64,000 nt of DNA from Octopus vulgaris. Its lineage: Eukaryota. Shown in pieces: positions 61,830 through 64,000 of the stretch. The stretch lies in NCBI GenBank assembly GCA_951406725.2, contig OX597827.1, forward strand, positions 29,512,001-29,576,000, written 5' to 3'. The translations under genes and the position numbers were made by a program. Positions within the stretch are counted from its first letter, which is position 1; every line of letters begins with the position of its first letter. The notes beneath the pieces are model-generated. The model saw only the letters and a list, made by a program, of their open reading frames with translations. It made no database searches and had not been told where the DNA came from.

Positions 61830-64000
61830 CTAGTCTTAAGAAGCTGCGCTACGAGCAATGCTTACGTGTAGAGAACCCTAAACTGACAGATCCATCTCCT
61901 AATGTAATAATGGAAGCTCGTCATGCTTCAATGTCAACAAATCAAACTGTAAACCGCATTGGTCGTCGCGCGGATTACAAAAGACCACGTACCCGAAAAT
62001 TGAACCAAATTCTGATTGAAAAATCAGCTTCTGGATCAAATATTCCCAACACAGGAGCTGGAAGTACCCCACAACCGGAATATTCCAACAGATGGCCATC
62101 TATGTTCGTTTCCAAATAATCAAAAGAAAAAGAAGGAAAAATGGTCTAGGGAAGCTAATAAAGAAGTTCTTGCGGCCTTCTACCATGCCATATATTTCCC
62201 CACAGATAAATCTAACACTGTAAAAACATACTTAAACTGGAGACAGAAACACCCTGAAGTAAGACCCTACATAGACAGCAACAAACTTGCCAACGTCAGA
62301 AGAAACATTAAAAAAAAAAAATTACTGACTGAAGTAGAGATTGATCAAGTTAGACAAGCAATATCGGATAAAATGAACGAAGCTGCAGCTAGAGAAGATA
62401 ATACAGAGGAAATAATTATAGACCAGCCCAGGGCTGATAAAAACGAAGTAAGGATTGAAAGAGTTAGTATAAGTGATAGGCAAAGTGAAATACTCCCTGA
62501 ACCAATCATAAACACTAAGACAGATGAACATCAAATAGATAAAGAAAGTCACAGAAATATTGACCCAACAGAACTACATGAGCTAAAACATCAAATCATG
62601 ATTGAATGGCTGAAAATTAAAGAAACCAGCATGGATGAACGTGATACACTCCCTAAAATCCGCAACTCTAACCAAAACATAAAATAATTGGTAAAATCCG
62701 GCTTGCACTTAAGGATATAATTTCAGCTAATGATGTTGATATCACAAATCTCAACCACCTATACTATGCATCCGCGAAAATCTCAACGATCCTATGTGGT
62801 GTAAAGATCAGAAAACGGCAACATTCCCACAAAAAGCCTTCTTGGCAAGAGCGTTTGCAACAACAAATTAAACTATTTAGATCTGATATTGAATATTTGA
62901 AAAACCTTAAGGTTCACAAGACTACCAAACCTACAAAAACCCAAAAATTACTGAAAAAATACAATATGAAAACTATACTTGATATTGATGCCACCATAGA
63001 AACCATCAAACAAAAGGTATCTGCCAAAGCTGCCCGCATAGCGAGGTATGAAAAGCGTGTTAGATTTTTCAAGGACAACAACATGTTCAAAAATAACCCC
63101 AAGAATTTTTACAGGAAGATAGGAAAAACAGCGTTTACTGCAAGGTCTGTACCATCAAAAGAAGTGCAGGGATTTTGGAATAAAATTTGGGCAGAAGAAA
63201 AAACACACAACGAAAAGGCCCCCTGGATTGACAGAATATCTACAGAACTGGACCCCTTAGAAGAGCAAAAGTGGAAGGGTGTCAAGGTAGAAGATATAAG
63301 ATCTGCTCTCAGGAGGTCAAGCAAATGGAAGTCTCCAAGAAAGGATAAAATTCCTAACTTCTGGCTGAATGCCTTCCCAGAGAACCATGAACTGCGAACA
63401 GAACTGTACAATGATGTTTTGCAACACCCTAGTAGGATGCCTCTTGGCTAGTTAATGGGTTAACATTCCTGGTCCCTAAAAGTGAAGAAACAAATGAACC
63501 AAAAAACTATAGACCCATAACCTGCTTAACAACTATGTATAAAACGCTAACATCTGTCCTGACGGAATATACTTATAGCTTTTTAACAGACAGCAGCATA
63601 TTCCCTAATGAACAGAAAAGATGTAAACGTGGATCCTGCGTCTGTAAAGATCAACTACTCATCAATAAGATGATCTTAGAAGATTGTCACAAACGACACA
63701 AAAACTTATCAATAGTCTGGATGGACTATGAAAAGGCCTTTGATAGCCTACCACATAGCTGGATTAGGAAATGCCTGGAAATGTATAAGATAGCACCTAC
63801 TCTGCGAAACATTTTGACTGTAAGTATGAGATCATGGAGAACCACACTAACTCTGAACAGTGACAATGAATCCCTAAATGCTGGTGATGTAAAAATTTCG
63901 TGTGGAATTTTCCAGGGTGACTCACTGTCACCACTCCTCTTTTGTTTAGCCTTAATACCTCTCTCAAAACTGCTCAATGACGCGCAGTACGGGTATAAAT
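61830..64000 (+). mobile_element. R4/Dong-like RLE LINE family A, 5' half including N-terminal domain (runs off the window)
   Basis: KWSREANKEVLAAFY...LANVRRNIKKKKLLTEVEID (Myb-like N-terminus typical of the R4 clade), WKSPRKDKIPNFWL, YRPITCL, WMDYEKAFDS, GIFQGDSLSP. Interrupted by frameshifts; the 5' boundary is approximate. Confidence 0.9.

Overview
AT-rich, repeat-saturated eukaryotic DNA with no recognisable host protein-coding gene. The SINE families and extreme microsatellite load suggest a coleoid cephalopod, probably Octopus (inference). Most ORFs in the supplied track are translations of simple repeats. The real content falls into four groups. (1) Decayed R4/Dong-like RLE non-LTR retrotransposons from at least 4-5 families, plus a ~550-bp non-coding partner element. 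They are chained head-to-tail through (AAT)n tracts, all minus at 0.3-5 kb and almost all plus at 45-61 kb. (2) Penelope-like (PLE) pseudo-LTR cassettes lying mostly in or next to (TA)n/(CATA)n tracts, with direct-plus-inverted repeat architecture. They carry about a dozen intact or degenerate type I hammerhead ribozyme motifs (CUGANGA...GAAA, palindromic stem III, NUH cleavage triplet). One cassette still holds RT and GIY-YIG coding remnants. (3) Mariner derivatives, Helitron and Helentron-type elements, Tx1/L1 and CR1-like LINE fragments, and a possible solo LTR. (4) Many tRNA-derived SINE copies. The most notable signals are the hammerhead repertoire, the apparent split of two retroelement systems between two microsatellite types, the AAT-associated non-autonomous element, and a stop codon and an A7 frameshift shared across copies of one LINE family. 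All structures were read by eye and family names come from motif recognition, not database searches.
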